This document shows, in pieces, positions 49,935-59,531 of a stretch of 64,000 nucleotides of DNA (positions within the stretch are counted from its first letter, which is position 1; the number at the start of each line of letters is the position of its first letter). Both the position numbers and the translations under genes were made by a program. The stretch comes from an uncultured bacterium (GTDB lineage Bacteria > Acidobacteriota > Thermoanaerobaculia > Multivoradales > JAHZIX01). Below the pieces are notes generated by a model, which searched no databases, was not told the DNA's origin, and saw nothing but the letters and a program-made list of their open reading frames with translations. The stretch is from the NCBI GenBank assembly GCA_965368975.1, contig CBDUPA010000025.1, positions 15,703 through 79,702 of the forward strand, given 5' to 3'.

Positions 49935-51254
49935 TCACAGTAAACAGGAACACCAGCGTCCCTGGTCTGCGACGATCAGCGAATCGAACAGCCGTACACC
50001 CAGGAGTTCACCTGCCTGGAACAAGCGATGGCTGGCTTGCAAGTCGCGCGCGCTGGGCCGCGGGTCACCACTCAGGTGATTGTGTCCCACCAGCACCCCG
50101 GCAGCGTTGAGCGCCAGCGCAGGCGCCAGCACGACTCGCGGTTCCGCCGCCGTGTGCTGGAGCGTTCCGACGCTCGGGATGTCGTAGCCAATCAGCCGCC
50201 GCCGAGAATCCAAGTACAAGACCACCAAGGCTTCACGGTCGTAGTGACGCAACAACTGCCACAGCAGCGCGGCCGCCCGCGATGGCCGATCGAGCCGCGG
50301 GTAGCGATCGAAGGGGCCTTCGTTGTCACGCACCAAAGCCAGTCGATACCGTGGCAGGCACGGAGGCGGCGGCAATTCAACGGTCTCGACCGGACGCGCT
50401 TTCCAGGGTTCTCGGTGCAAGTTGGATCCGCACAACCAGTGCTTCGGCCCCGGCGGCGGTGGTGCAGGCGGCAGCACGATCTCCGCCGGCAGTTCGGTCG
50501 ACACCGGCGGCAGCACAGGAGGTGCAGGTGGCGGCTCCGAGGGTGCCGGCACCACTCGCGGTTCGATCGGCGGCACCGGCGGCACGGCCGGTGACGGCAG
50601 AGGTGTCGACGTCAAAGTCTCGATCAGAGGTCCGAAGCGCTGCATGAGTCCGGTCGTGGCGACGGTGGTTGCCCACCCCAACCGCGCATGGGAAGACGGC
50701 ACCCACAGGCCTACGGCCTCCGCCAGGCGCCGAAACTTCAGGTTGTGGTAGTGCGTGGCACTGCAGTCACGCACGCCAGCACGGGCGTTGGCCACGTGCA
50801 CCAAGCCATGCAGCAGCACGGCGAGCAAGTCTGCGGGGGGGCGTCGAAGGTCTTCGGCCGCCACGAACAGCGTACCCGCCGGGTCCGGCGATGCACGCCG
50901 CAATATGGAAGGCCGCTCCCCCGCTGCCAGCACGCGCACATGGGGTGGAGATTCCTCGGCGCTCCGCATCTCACCGCCGTCCGCACCGCCCCCTCCCGCG
51001 CGGAGCTCGGCCCCATCGGCTCCCACCTGACGCACACACAGGCGCCACAGCGCACGCACCACTATGTGCAGCGGATCGTCGGAGGCTTCCCGAGCCCCTA
51101 CAGCTGCGCTACACTCCTCTTGGCTTCTCGATCCACACAATGGCGGTCGATCGTGGAATTCACCTGCTCGGGTCAGATGATTCGATACTGCAATCCAGCC
51201 TCCTCCAGGAAGCAACGACAACGAGTCAGAAGATAGTGGCAGGTCCATGACCAC
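49935..51254 (-). CDS. SprT-like domain (HGLVH) + Pro-rich linker + RadC/JAB domain
   Basis: LLHGLVH...DCSATHYHNLKFRRLAEAVGL; DREALVVLYLD...SVGTL...GHNHLSGDPRPSARD...GELLGVRLFDSLIV. Start uncertain. Confidence 0.72.
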   Translation of the reverse strand: MVMDLPLSSDSLSLLPGGGWIAVSNHLTRAGEFHDRPPLCGSRSQEECSAAVGAREASDDPLHIVVRALWRLCVRQVGADGAELRAGGGGADGGEMRSAEESPPHVRVLAAGERPSILRRASPDPAGTLFVAAEDLRRPPADLLAVLLHGLVHVANARAGVRDCSATHYHNLKFRRLAEAVGLWVPSSHARLGWATTVATTGLMQRFGPLIETLTSTPLPSPAVPPVPPIEPRVVPAPSEPPPAPPVLPPVSTELPAEIVLPPAPPPPGPKHWLCGSNLHREPWKARPVETVELPPPPCLPRYRLALVRDNEGPFDRYPRLDRPSRAAALLWQLLRHYDREALVVLYLDSRRRLIGYDIPSVGTLQHTAAEPRVVLAPALALNAAGVLVGHNHLSGDPRPSARDLQASHRLFQAGELLGVRLFDSLIVADQGRWCSCLL

Positions 51255-51386
51255 CCTCCGTCACACTGAGGTTCGACGGGCGCCGGTTTTCCTCCCCGAG
51301 CTGCGCGGGCGATCTCATAAAACAGCATAGAATCCGCAGATTACCTGAATCTGAGGCGCAATTGAATCCTGACTTAAGCATGCATC

Positions 51387-52604
51387 ATGCCTGACTCAGC
51401 ATCATCCCCAGATCTAACACTGGTACCGGTTCCTTCGGCGAACTGGCGCGACGACTTCGACGATTTCGACGGCCGAGCGTGGATCAACTGCGCGCACCAG
51501 GGAGCCCTGCCGACCGTGGCAGCGGCGGCGGCCCGGCAAGCCATCGACTGGAAGCTCGCCCCGCACCACCTGACCACGGGCCGCTTCAGCGGCGTCCCTC
51601 AGCGTCTGCGCATTGCCCTCGCCCAGCTCTTGCACGCCCCGGAAACCGAGGTCTCGATCGCCAACAGCGCCTCCTACGGCCTCCACCTGCTGGCCAATGG
51701 CATACCGCTACAGGCAGGCGACGAGGTGCTGCTGATGGAAGGCGATTTCCCTTCCAACGTGCTGCCCTGGTTGGCGCACCGGCAGCAGGGCGTCGAGGTT
51801 CGCCAGCTGCGGCCACGCCAGGCGGTGCTCGAGGCGGACGAAGTCGCCGCTGCCTTGACCCCTGCGACGCGCGTCGTCTGCCTGAGCTGGGTGCACTCGT
51901 TCTCGGGCTGGATGCTGGAGATCGAGCGCATCGCCGAGGCGTGCCGGGCCAACGGCACCTGGCTACTGATCAACGCGTCCCAAGGCTTGGGCGCACGACC
52001 GCTCGACGTGCGCACCTTCGGGGCCGACGCGGTGATCAGCGTCGGCCACAAGTGGCTCTGCGGCCCCTACGCCACGGGCTTGCTGTGGATGCGGCCGGAG
52101 CTGCGCGCGGTGCTGGAGGTGAACCGCTGCTACTGGTTGTCGCTGCAGACCGCCGACGATCTCGCCAATCCCGATCGTCCCCTGGTGCCCGACGTCGACC
52201 TGGCGAGCCGGCGCTTCGACCAGTTCGGTACCGCCAACTTCTTCAACTTCACCGCCTGGACCGCCGCCGTCGAGTACTTGCTGGCTTGCGGCACCGAAGC
52301 GGTGCGCGAGCACAGCCAGGCGCTGGTTCAAAGGCTGATCGATGGCCTCGACGACGATCGACTCGCCGACCGCTATGAGCTGTTCAGCCCCCGCTCTGGA
52401 CCCCGTCGTTCCACGCTCGTCTTCCTCGGCCTACGGTTGACGAAGACTGGGCAGCTGGAGACGAATCCACGGCTCTACCAGCGGCTGCAGGAGGCCGGCG
52501 TGGACGTCGCGTTGCGCAACGGCCGGCTGCGCATCTCCCCCCACGTGTTCAACGAAGCTCGGGATATCGATCGCTTGCTCGATGTCCTGGCGACCTCGGC
52601 ATGA
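51387..52604 (+). CDS. Class V aminotransferase (cysteine desulfurase/kynureninase-like fold)
   Basis: INCAHQG, DFPSN, GHKWLCGP, LRISPHVFN. Confidence 0.88.
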   Translation: MPDSASSPDLTLVPVPSANWRDDFDDFDGRAWINCAHQGALPTVAAAAARQAIDWKLAPHHLTTGRFSGVPQRLRIALAQLLHAPETEVSIANSASYGLHLLANGIPLQAGDEVLLMEGDFPSNVLPWLAHRQQGVEVRQLRPRQAVLEADEVAAALTPATRVVCLSWVHSFSGWMLEIERIAEACRANGTWLLINASQGLGARPLDVRTFGADAVISVGHKWLCGPYATGLLWMRPELRAVLEVNRCYWLSLQTADDLANPDRPLVPDVDLASRRFDQFGTANFFNFTAWTAAVEYLLACGTEAVREHSQALVQRLIDGLDDDRLADRYELFSPRSGPRRSTLVFLGLRLTKTGQLETNPRLYQRLQEAGVDVALRNGRLRISPHVFNEARDIDRLLDVLATSA

Positions 52605-52617
52605 AGAACGAACCCAG

Positions 52618-54717
52618 ATGAAGCGAGCCCTCATGACCCCAGCCCTCCAGACCCGAGCCATCTACACCTTCGCCGCCCTGCTGCTGTGCCTGCAGGCACC
52701 GCTGCCTGCCGAAGAACCGCCCGCGCCGGCAGCTTCGCGCAAGCTCATCGTGATCTCCTGGGACGGTGGCGCCGATTGGGTGGTCGACCGCCTGCTCGAC
52801 GAGGGTCGCCTGCCCCACTTGGCCCGCCTGGCCGGTCGTGGCGTGCGCGCCGACTACAGCATCACCAGCTATCCGTCGAAGACCGCGGTCGGCCATTCGG
52901 CGGTGTGGACAGGCACCTGGCCGCACGTCTCCGGGATCACCGGCAATTGGGTACCCCTCGGGCCCGCAGCGAGCGGTGAGCTGCCTGAGTACACGATCCT
53001 GGAGCAGCGCTCCGGCTTCGACGCGCGCTCGCTCACGGCCGAGCCGCTCTACGTCACCGCCGCACTGGCAGACAAGAAAGTCGTGGTGCTTTCGGCAACC
53101 CAAGCCTACCCACCCGGCCCCTACGTCGAGCGCCTGACCGCGGCTGGCAAGCAGGACAACCTGATCTCGTTCAGCGGCTTCGAGCATGTCCTGGCGCACG
53201 GCGTCCTGCTCGGACCTGACGATCTCGATTCCGCCATCTTGGCACCCGCGCAGGCCGAAACGAGCCACTGGACTCACCTCCCCTCCTATCGCGGCGAACC
53301 CCGGGAAGGGCGCCTGCAGGTCGCGGATACTCAGTTCTACTTCCTGCTCTTCGACGCGACCGCCGACCCCACTGAGGGTTTCGACACCGTGCTGGTCCGC
53401 AGCGGCAGCCGCGACGCCGAGGAAGCGATCGACGCGACCGTGCTCAAACCGCGCCCAGCCGCGGCCGCCGACGACCTGGAGCGCAACACCCAGGACTTGC
53501 TGCGCAGCGACAGCCTCGCCGGCTGGAGCCCGCCGATGCGCGTCGACAAGGGAGCCCGCTGGGCCAACACCTTCTTCCGCCTCTTCGAGCTGACACCGGA
53601 CGGCTCCGGCTTCGCGCTCTATCAGCGCAAGGTCAGCCAGCTCGATGGCCACTTCAGCGACCAGCAACTGGCCGACTACCTCCGCGCCTACCCCGGCTTC
53701 CACGACGATGCCTTCAGCGCCTACGCGATGGGCCTCTTCGGCAAACCCGCCTTCGATTACGGCGAAGATCGCGGCGGAGATCGCGGCGAAGATCGCGGCA
53801 ATGGTAGAGCCGAGCGCCGGCTGCTCGAAGTCGTGGCCCACGACACGCACCTGCTGATCGAGGGTTCGCGCTTCGCCATCGAGCAGTGGCAGCCGGACAT
53901 CCTCTTCCACTACTCACCGATGACCGACAGCGCCGGGCACCTGCTGCTCGGCATGCTCGACCCAGCGATGCCTGACTACGATGCCGAGCGAGCAGCCGCG
54001 CTGTGGCCAGTCTACATCCGCACCTTCCAGCTCCTCGATGCCTGGCTCGGAGCCCTGCAGGACATGGCGCCACCCGAGACGGTGATCGCCCTGGTCAGTG
54101 ACCACGGTATGGACGCGATTCACAGCGAGGTCTTTCCCAACCGCATTCTGCAAGACGCCGGCCTCTTCCGGCGTGCCGACGACGGACGCATCGACCTGGC
54201 TCACACACAGATCCTGGCACCACCGTGGAGCGACTTCTTCCTCGTGGTCAACGACCAGCGCTGGAAAGAGGGCCGCACCATGGCGCCCGGGGAACGGACG
54301 GCGCTCTTGGAGCTAGCGCGCGAGGCCTTTCTGGACGCCAAGGACCCGAATACCGGCAAGCACCTGGTGTGGCGCGTCTTCACCGCCGAGGAAGCACCCG
54401 GACTCGGCCTGGGCGGACCGAAAGGCGGAGACCTCTACCTCGACTTCGCTCCGGGCTACTACCCAAGAAGCGTGCCCAGCGACACCATCGTTGCGCCGCC
54501 GCGGGGTGGCAACAGCCTCGGCATGCACGGCCACTGGCCACAGCGTCGACTCATGCACGCCATCTTCTACGCCGCCGGCCCGGGCCTGCGCGAAGGCGTC
54601 GAGATACCCGGTGTGCGCCACATCGACATCGCTCCGACACTCAGCCACGTCTTGGGCATTCCACCCCCGGCCGACGCGACCGGTCACGTCCTCGGCTCAG
54701 CCTTGCTGCAGCCCTGA
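52618..54717 (+). CDS. Secreted alkaline-phosphatase-superfamily nucleotide pyrophosphatase/phosphodiesterase
   Basis: Signal peptide; ISWDG, PSKTAVGH...TG, TDSAGH, VSDHG, GMHG, DIAPTL. Confidence 0.85.
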   Translation: MKRALMTPALQTRAIYTFAALLLCLQAPLPAEEPPAPAASRKLIVISWDGGADWVVDRLLDEGRLPHLARLAGRGVRADYSITSYPSKTAVGHSAVWTGTWPHVSGITGNWVPLGPAASGELPEYTILEQRSGFDARSLTAEPLYVTAALADKKVVVLSATQAYPPGPYVERLTAAGKQDNLISFSGFEHVLAHGVLLGPDDLDSAILAPAQAETSHWTHLPSYRGEPREGRLQVADTQFYFLLFDATADPTEGFDTVLVRSGSRDAEEAIDATVLKPRPAAAADDLERNTQDLLRSDSLAGWSPPMRVDKGARWANTFFRLFELTPDGSGFALYQRKVSQLDGHFSDQQLADYLRAYPGFHDDAFSAYAMGLFGKPAFDYGEDRGGDRGEDRGNGRAERRLLEVVAHDTHLLIEGSRFAIEQWQPDILFHYSPMTDSAGHLLLGMLDPAMPDYDAERAAALWPVYIRTFQLLDAWLGALQDMAPPETVIALVSDHGMDAIHSEVFPNRILQDAGLFRRADDGRIDLAHTQILAPPWSDFFLVVNDQRWKEGRTMAPGERTALLELAREAFLDAKDPNTGKHLVWRVFTAEEAPGLGLGGPKGGDLYLDFAPGYYPRSVPSDTIVAPPRGGNSLGMHGHWPQRRLMHAIFYAAGPGLREGVEIPGVRHIDIAPTLSHVLGIPPPADATGHVLGSALLQP

Positions 54718-54730
54718 GAAGGGCACGCGA

Positions 54731-54762
54731 CGGAACGTCTCCTCGGCGGAACGTCTCCTCGG
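54731..54762. repeat. 16-bp perfect tandem duplication between convergent genes
   Basis: cggaacgtctcctcgg x2. Confidence 0.7.
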
Positions 54763-54769
54763 CTGAGCC

Positions 54770-56620
54770 TTACTGGCCAGCCCCGGAAGCGCTCAACGCC
54801 CCGGCAGCGATCAGCTTGCGCAGCGCTCGGACGTCGTCGGCCATCGCACGATCCTGACACAGCGGCGGCACCGCCTTGCGGATCGTGCGGTACGCCTCAG
54901 CAGTACCGCGGCCCAGGCGCTCGGCGATCGCATTTCGCTGCGCATCACGGGTGCTGGAAAGGAACGCTTCTGCTTCCGCTTCCGCGGCGCTCCAATCCTT
55001 CTTGGCCAGCTTGCGACCTTCGCGCACCGGCTCGCCACCGATCACCGGCGGGCAATCCATCGCCGTGCGCCATTCGACCGCCTGCGCCACCACCATCAGC
55101 TCCATCGCCAGCACCACCTGCAGGTTGCCCAGGATCGTGCGCGCCTTGCGCGCCGCGATCGTCGACATGGACACGTGGTCTTCACTGTTGGCCGCGGTGG
55201 GAATCGAGTCGACCGAGGCCGGATGCGCCAGCGACTTGTTCTCGGACACCAGGCTGGCCGCCGTGTACTGCGCGATCATGTAGCCTGAATTGACGCCGCG
55301 CTGGGGCACCAGGTTGGCCGGCAGACCTCGGCTCTGTGAGCTGTCGAGCAGCAACTGACACCGGCGCTCCGAAATATTGGCCAGCTCCGCCGCAGCGATG
55401 GCCAGGAAATCCGCGGCCAGGGCGAGCGGTTGGCCGTGGAAATTGCCTGCCGAATAGGACGCACGACGGCGGCCGTCGTAGCCCTCGGGCCAGTTGGCCT
55501 CGAAGGAATGGTCCCACGCCTCTTCTCCATCGCCGAAGAGCAACGGATTATCGGTCGCGGCGTTGATCTCGGTTTCGACGATCCCACGCACGTAGGTGAT
55601 GGCATCGCGACTGGCACCATGTACGACCGGCGCGCAGCGCAGCGAGTAGACATCCTGCACGGCACCGGCCGATTCGAGCAGCGTCGAGCCCTCGAGCAAG
55701 GCGCGCAGCCGAGCTGCCGAGCACGTCTGACCATCATAACCGCGTGCCGCGTGCACCTTGGGATCGAGTGCTCGGGCGCAGCCGCACATCGCTTCCAAGC
55801 AGAGTGCCGCGGCTACGTCCGCCGTATTGCAGGCCACGTCGGCGTCGAACACCGCCAGGGCCAGCACGGCGACCGAGATGTTGACGCCGTTGATCAGGGC
55901 CAGGCCTTCTTTGTGTAGCAACTCGGGCGGCTTCATGCCGAGGTCCTCGGCCAGCTCGGAAGCGTCCTTCCAGACGCGCGGCGGCAGGCCCATGTCGTCC
56001 GCCGCATGCACCACGTGGTACTTGCCATGGCCCACAAGCACTGCGAACAAATGCGCCAGTGGGCACAGATCGCCGCTCGCCCCGACCGAGCCTCGGATCG
56101 GCACCTGCGGCACAATGCCTTGGTTGATCATCGCTTGCACGGCCTCGACCAACTCACGCTGGACACCCGAATGCCCTTTGAGCGCGCCGTTGAGGCGCGT
56201 GATCAAGGCTGCCCGTACCACCTCGGCGGTGAAGTAGTTGCTCGGATCGTCCGCCTCCGCCGTGTCGCCGACTCCGATGGCGTGGCTGATCAGCAGATTC
56301 TTCTGCAGCGGACCCAGGTCTTCCGGCTCGATCGGGATGTTCTTGAACTCGCCGAACCCCGTCGTGATGCCGTAGTCCTGGACGGGCTTGGTGGCCCCTT
56401 TGGCGTCCCCTGCCTTCGCCGCCCGGTAAGCCCGGTGCTCCGCCTCGTAGCGTCGGACAACCTCGTCCACCTGGCGCCGACTCGCCTCGACACGGTCCAT
56501 CGATTGCGGCGTGCACGCCACCCGGACCCGCGGATCACGCGCCGCCCGCGCGAGATCCTCGAGCGTCAACGTACCGCCGTCCAGCATCAACACTCGTGCC
56601 GCTTCGTCCACCATTGCCAT
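54770..56620 (-). CDS. hutH: Histidine ammonia-lyase (MIO family)
   Basis: YGITTGFG, NLLISHA (HAL-type SH), GSVGASGDL MIO motif, KEGLALING, QDVYSLRC, GNFHGQ, EDHVSM; AAGGAG RBS. Confidence 0.88.
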   Translation of the reverse strand: MAMVDEAARVLMLDGGTLTLEDLARAARDPRVRVACTPQSMDRVEASRRQVDEVVRRYEAEHRAYRAAKAGDAKGATKPVQDYGITTGFGEFKNIPIEPEDLGPLQKNLLISHAIGVGDTAEADDPSNYFTAEVVRAALITRLNGALKGHSGVQRELVEAVQAMINQGIVPQVPIRGSVGASGDLCPLAHLFAVLVGHGKYHVVHAADDMGLPPRVWKDASELAEDLGMKPPELLHKEGLALINGVNISVAVLALAVFDADVACNTADVAAALCLEAMCGCARALDPKVHAARGYDGQTCSAARLRALLEGSTLLESAGAVQDVYSLRCAPVVHGASRDAITYVRGIVETEINAATDNPLLFGDGEEAWDHSFEANWPEGYDGRRRASYSAGNFHGQPLALAADFLAIAAAELANISERRCQLLLDSSQSRGLPANLVPQRGVNSGYMIAQYTAASLVSENKSLAHPASVDSIPTAANSEDHVSMSTIAARKARTILGNLQVVLAMELMVVAQAVEWRTAMDCPPVIGGEPVREGRKLAKKDWSAAEAEAEAFLSSTRDAQRNAIAERLGRGTAEAYRTIRKAVPPLCQDRAMADDVRALRKLIAAGALSASGAGQ

Positions 56621-56674
56621 CACTCCTTAGTGCAATACGAAGTCTCGCTGCGCGAGCGAGACGAGCCTGCCTCA

Positions 56675-58090
56675 CTACTTGTCCAGCAGCTCTTGGAGCA
56701 GCGGCACCAAATCCGCCCGCACAACCTCACGCTGTCCCGGCCGCTTCTCCAGCCACTCGTCGCGCCCTTCGATCTGCGCCGCCCGCACACGTCCAGCCTC
56801 CAGATCTTTCAGCGTCACCACGCCGCGCTCCTGCTCATCCGAACCGACGATCAGGGCCAGCGGCACGCCGCAGCGGTCGGCATACTTGAGCTGCTTGCCG
56901 ATGCCCTTGGCGTTGCCCAAGTACAGCTCGGTGTTGATCCCAGCACGACGCAGCTCATAGGTCAGATCCAGGTAATCGTCAGTCAGGTCAGGGTCCATGC
57001 GCACCACCAACACCTCGGTCGCCGTCGTCCGACCGCCGATCTTACCCAGGTGCTGCAGCGCCGCCAGCAACCGATCGACGCCGATCGAGGCGCCGGTCGC
57101 CGGAATCTTCTCGCCCAGGAAGCGCGTCACCAGGTCGTCATAGCGTCCACCACCGAACACGGAACCGAACTGCGGCGCGTCCAGCAGGATCGCCTCCCAC
57201 ACCGGCCCCGTGTAGTACGCGAGACCACGAGCGATCGACAGATCGAGGATCACCTTGTCTTCTTCGTACCCCAGCCGGTATAGGTGGTTCGAGATCGACT
57301 CCACCAAGTCGATCTCCGGGGTAGCTGCCTCGACACCCGCGAACAGCTGGCGCAGCTTGGCCACCAACGCGCGTCGCGTGTCCGCCTTGAGCGCCAGGAA
57401 GCTCGCAATCTTGTCCACCTGCTCGATCTCGAGCCCGACCCCCGCGATCGGGTCGCCGCTCTTGTCGACATAGCCGGTGGTCAGCTCCAGCTTGACCTTC
57501 TCGAGCCCGATCTTGTCCAGCTTGTCGAGCACGCGGAAGACGTCCTTGCCCTGCTCCTCGGAGATGCCGGCGTAGAGCAGCAGCGAGTTGAGGATGCCGC
57601 GGCTCGAATAGCGCACGCAGTAGCGCTCGATCCCGAGCGCCGTCAGCGTGTCGCACATGCCCGCCAGGATCTCGGTGTCCGCCAGCTCGCTCTTGACGCC
57701 CACCGAGTCCAGGTCGAACTGCGTGAACTCACGGAAGCGTCCCTTGTCCGGCTTGTCGGCCCGCCATACCGGCGAGACCTGGTAGCGCCGGAACGGCCGC
57801 GGCAGATCCTTGTGCTGCGCCATCACGCGCGCCAGAGGCACCGTCAAGTCGAAGCGCAGCCCCAGCTCTTCCTTCTCTGGGCTGACCACCTGAAAGATCG
57901 ACTGGTGCGCCTCCTCGCCCGCCGAACCGGTGAGCACGTCGAGGTACTCGATGGCGGGGGTAGAAATGGGCGAAAACCCGTAGCGCTCGTAGACGCCGCG
58001 GATGGTGTCGATCATCCACTGGCGCGCCAGCATCTGCTCAGGTAACAGATCTTGCAGGCCGCGGGACAAGCGGGGTTTGACAGCTGCCAT
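56675..58090 (-). CDS. hisS: Histidyl-tRNA synthetase, alphaproteobacterial/eukaryote-like subtype
   Basis: LRFDLTVPLAR, WRADKPDKGRFREFTQFDLD, LDKLDKIG...DKSGD insert, RGLAYYTG, GGGRYDDL, GASIGVDRL, KQLKYAD. Confidence 0.93.
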   Translation of the reverse strand: MAAVKPRLSRGLQDLLPEQMLARQWMIDTIRGVYERYGFSPISTPAIEYLDVLTGSAGEEAHQSIFQVVSPEKEELGLRFDLTVPLARVMAQHKDLPRPFRRYQVSPVWRADKPDKGRFREFTQFDLDSVGVKSELADTEILAGMCDTLTALGIERYCVRYSSRGILNSLLLYAGISEEQGKDVFRVLDKLDKIGLEKVKLELTTGYVDKSGDPIAGVGLEIEQVDKIASFLALKADTRRALVAKLRQLFAGVEAATPEIDLVESISNHLYRLGYEEDKVILDLSIARGLAYYTGPVWEAILLDAPQFGSVFGGGRYDDLVTRFLGEKIPATGASIGVDRLLAALQHLGKIGGRTTATEVLVVRMDPDLTDDYLDLTYELRRAGINTELYLGNAKGIGKQLKYADRCGVPLALIVGSDEQERGVVTLKDLEAGRVRAAQIEGRDEWLEKRPGQREVVRADLVPLLQELLDK

Positions 58091-58404
58091 GTTGGGGACT
58101 CCCGGACGGAAGGTGAACGGAGTGTGCCACCTCAGAAATGCTGGAATCAGCGTCGCGGTGGCATCGCGGTCAGGGTCGAGACTGTAGCATAGGGGCAAGG
58201 TTCGAACAGTCAGTCCCACCGGTCAGACGAACTCGTCGTACGCGACCGCCAAAGCCATCCGTAACGCCTCGTTGAGCCGATGCTGCACAGCCACGCCAAG
58301 ACAGCCAAAGGAAGTGTTCGTGTATCCTCATTCCACAATCCATTCACCTGATGACCGGTTCCTCAGAGAAGATGAGCTGTTCATCACAGAAGAGGAGGAC
58401 GACC

Positions 58405-58572
58405 ATGAAGAAGCGTTCCACGCGCAAGCTGAACCTCACCCGGGAAACCCTCTCGTTCTTGCAGGATCTCAAGGCCGTTGGTGGTGCGTCGTACCAGACG
58501 TACACACATCTGACCTTCTGCCCCGGCTGCCACACTCACGAGGCTGGCTGCACGCAGGATATCTGCATCTGA
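58405..58572 (+). CDS. Putative RiPP (lanthipeptide-like) precursor peptide, 55 aa
   Basis: GAGGAGG RBS; MKKRSTRKLNLTRETLSFLQDLKAVGG-ASYQTYTHLTFCPGCHTHEAGCTQDICI. KLxLxRETL leader, GG site, Thr/Ser/Cys-rich core. Confidence 0.75.
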   Translation: MKKRSTRKLNLTRETLSFLQDLKAVGGASYQTYTHLTFCPGCHTHEAGCTQDICI

Positions 58573-58580
58573 GCACTCGG

Positions 58581-58619
58581 CCGGCCGCGGTCTGCTTTTC
58601 CCGGGCAGGCCGCAGCCGG
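58581..58619 (+). terminator. GC-rich hairpin directly after the precursor gene
   Basis: ccggccgcggtctgc / gcaggccgcagccgg ~15-bp stem; weak U-tract. Confidence 0.5.
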
Positions 58620-58673
58620 ATCTCTCTGCCCAGGCCTGTACAATGGGGCCAAACCCAACCCTTGGAGAACCCC

Positions 58674-59477
58674 ATGCAGGCCAGCAAGACCCCGTACCTT
58701 CTCGCCCTTCTCCTCTTCGTCGTCTGTGCCGCACCCGCTCTCGCAGACCGCATCGCAGCCCCAATCTGGGGCTACTCCGGCGACATCGGCCCAGAGCATT
58801 GGGGGCAGCTGAGCCCGGAGTGGGCGGAGTGTACTTACGGTCAGCGGCAATCGCCGATCAACATTGTGACGCAGGGCCTGACGCCTCGCCCGTTGCCACC
58901 ACTCGCCTTCGAGTACAAGCCGAGCCGCGTGCAGTTCGTCAACAACGGCCACACCTTGCAGATGAACTACGCACCGGGCAGTCGCCTGGTGCTCGCCGGT
59001 ACCGACTTCGCGCTCGAGCAGTTCCACGTCCACACGCCGAGTGAGAATACGGTCGACGGCAAATCCTACCCTCTCGGGTTGCACCTGGTTCACCGAGAAC
59101 AGTTCGGCCGTTACTTCGTGGTCAGCCTGTTCCTGCAGGCAGGCGCGGCCAACGCGGCGTTGCCGGAACCGGAGGTGCTGCGTACATGGCTGCCGGTCGA
59201 GAAAGGCACAGTCACACCGGAAGGTGCGACGATCGACGCGGCGCGGCTGCTGCCGGAGAATACCCGCAGCTACAACTTCTCCGGCTCGCTGACCACGCCC
59301 GACTGCGGCGAGAACGTACGCTGGATGGTGATGGCGACACCGATCGAGGTGTCAGAGGGGCAACTCGCCGCCTTCATCGAGACGCTGGGCAAGTTGAAGT
59401 TCGCGACGCCCGAGGGGCACAACAGTCGGCCGGTCCAACCGCTGCACGGCCGTCCGGTAACGCTCGGCGTGCCCTGA
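58674..59477 (+). CDS. cah: Secreted alpha-class carbonic anhydrase
   Basis: GGAG RBS, signal peptide; WGY, QSPINI, NNGHT, QFHVH, HLVH, GSLTTPDC, RPVQPL. Confidence 0.9.
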   Translation: MQASKTPYLLALLLFVVCAAPALADRIAAPIWGYSGDIGPEHWGQLSPEWAECTYGQRQSPINIVTQGLTPRPLPPLAFEYKPSRVQFVNNGHTLQMNYAPGSRLVLAGTDFALEQFHVHTPSENTVDGKSYPLGLHLVHREQFGRYFVVSLFLQAGAANAALPEPEVLRTWLPVEKGTVTPEGATIDAARLLPENTRSYNFSGSLTTPDCGENVRWMVMATPIEVSEGQLAAFIETLGKLKFATPEGHNSRPVQPLHGRPVTLGVP

Positions 59478-59531
59478 AGCCGGCTTCTTAGCAGTCACGA
59501 CAATAGCTCTGCGCGTTCGAATCAGTAGGAT

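Noticed and set aside
51080-51102. GTAGGGGCTCGGGAAGCCTCC (minus strand) as a further REP copy
   Set aside because: Only the first 8 bases match and the hairpin is short; could be chance in GC-rich DNA.
54770-56620. MIO enzyme as an aminomutase supplying beta-amino acids to the NRPS
   Set aside because: It has the HAL-type SH motif, lies 25 kb from the synthetase and is linked to hisS.
58272-58673. N-terminal 134 aa of the 401-aa ORF 58272..59477
   Set aside because: Carbonic anhydrase homology and the signal peptide start at ATG 58674 with its own RBS; the extension overlaps the better-supported peptide gene.
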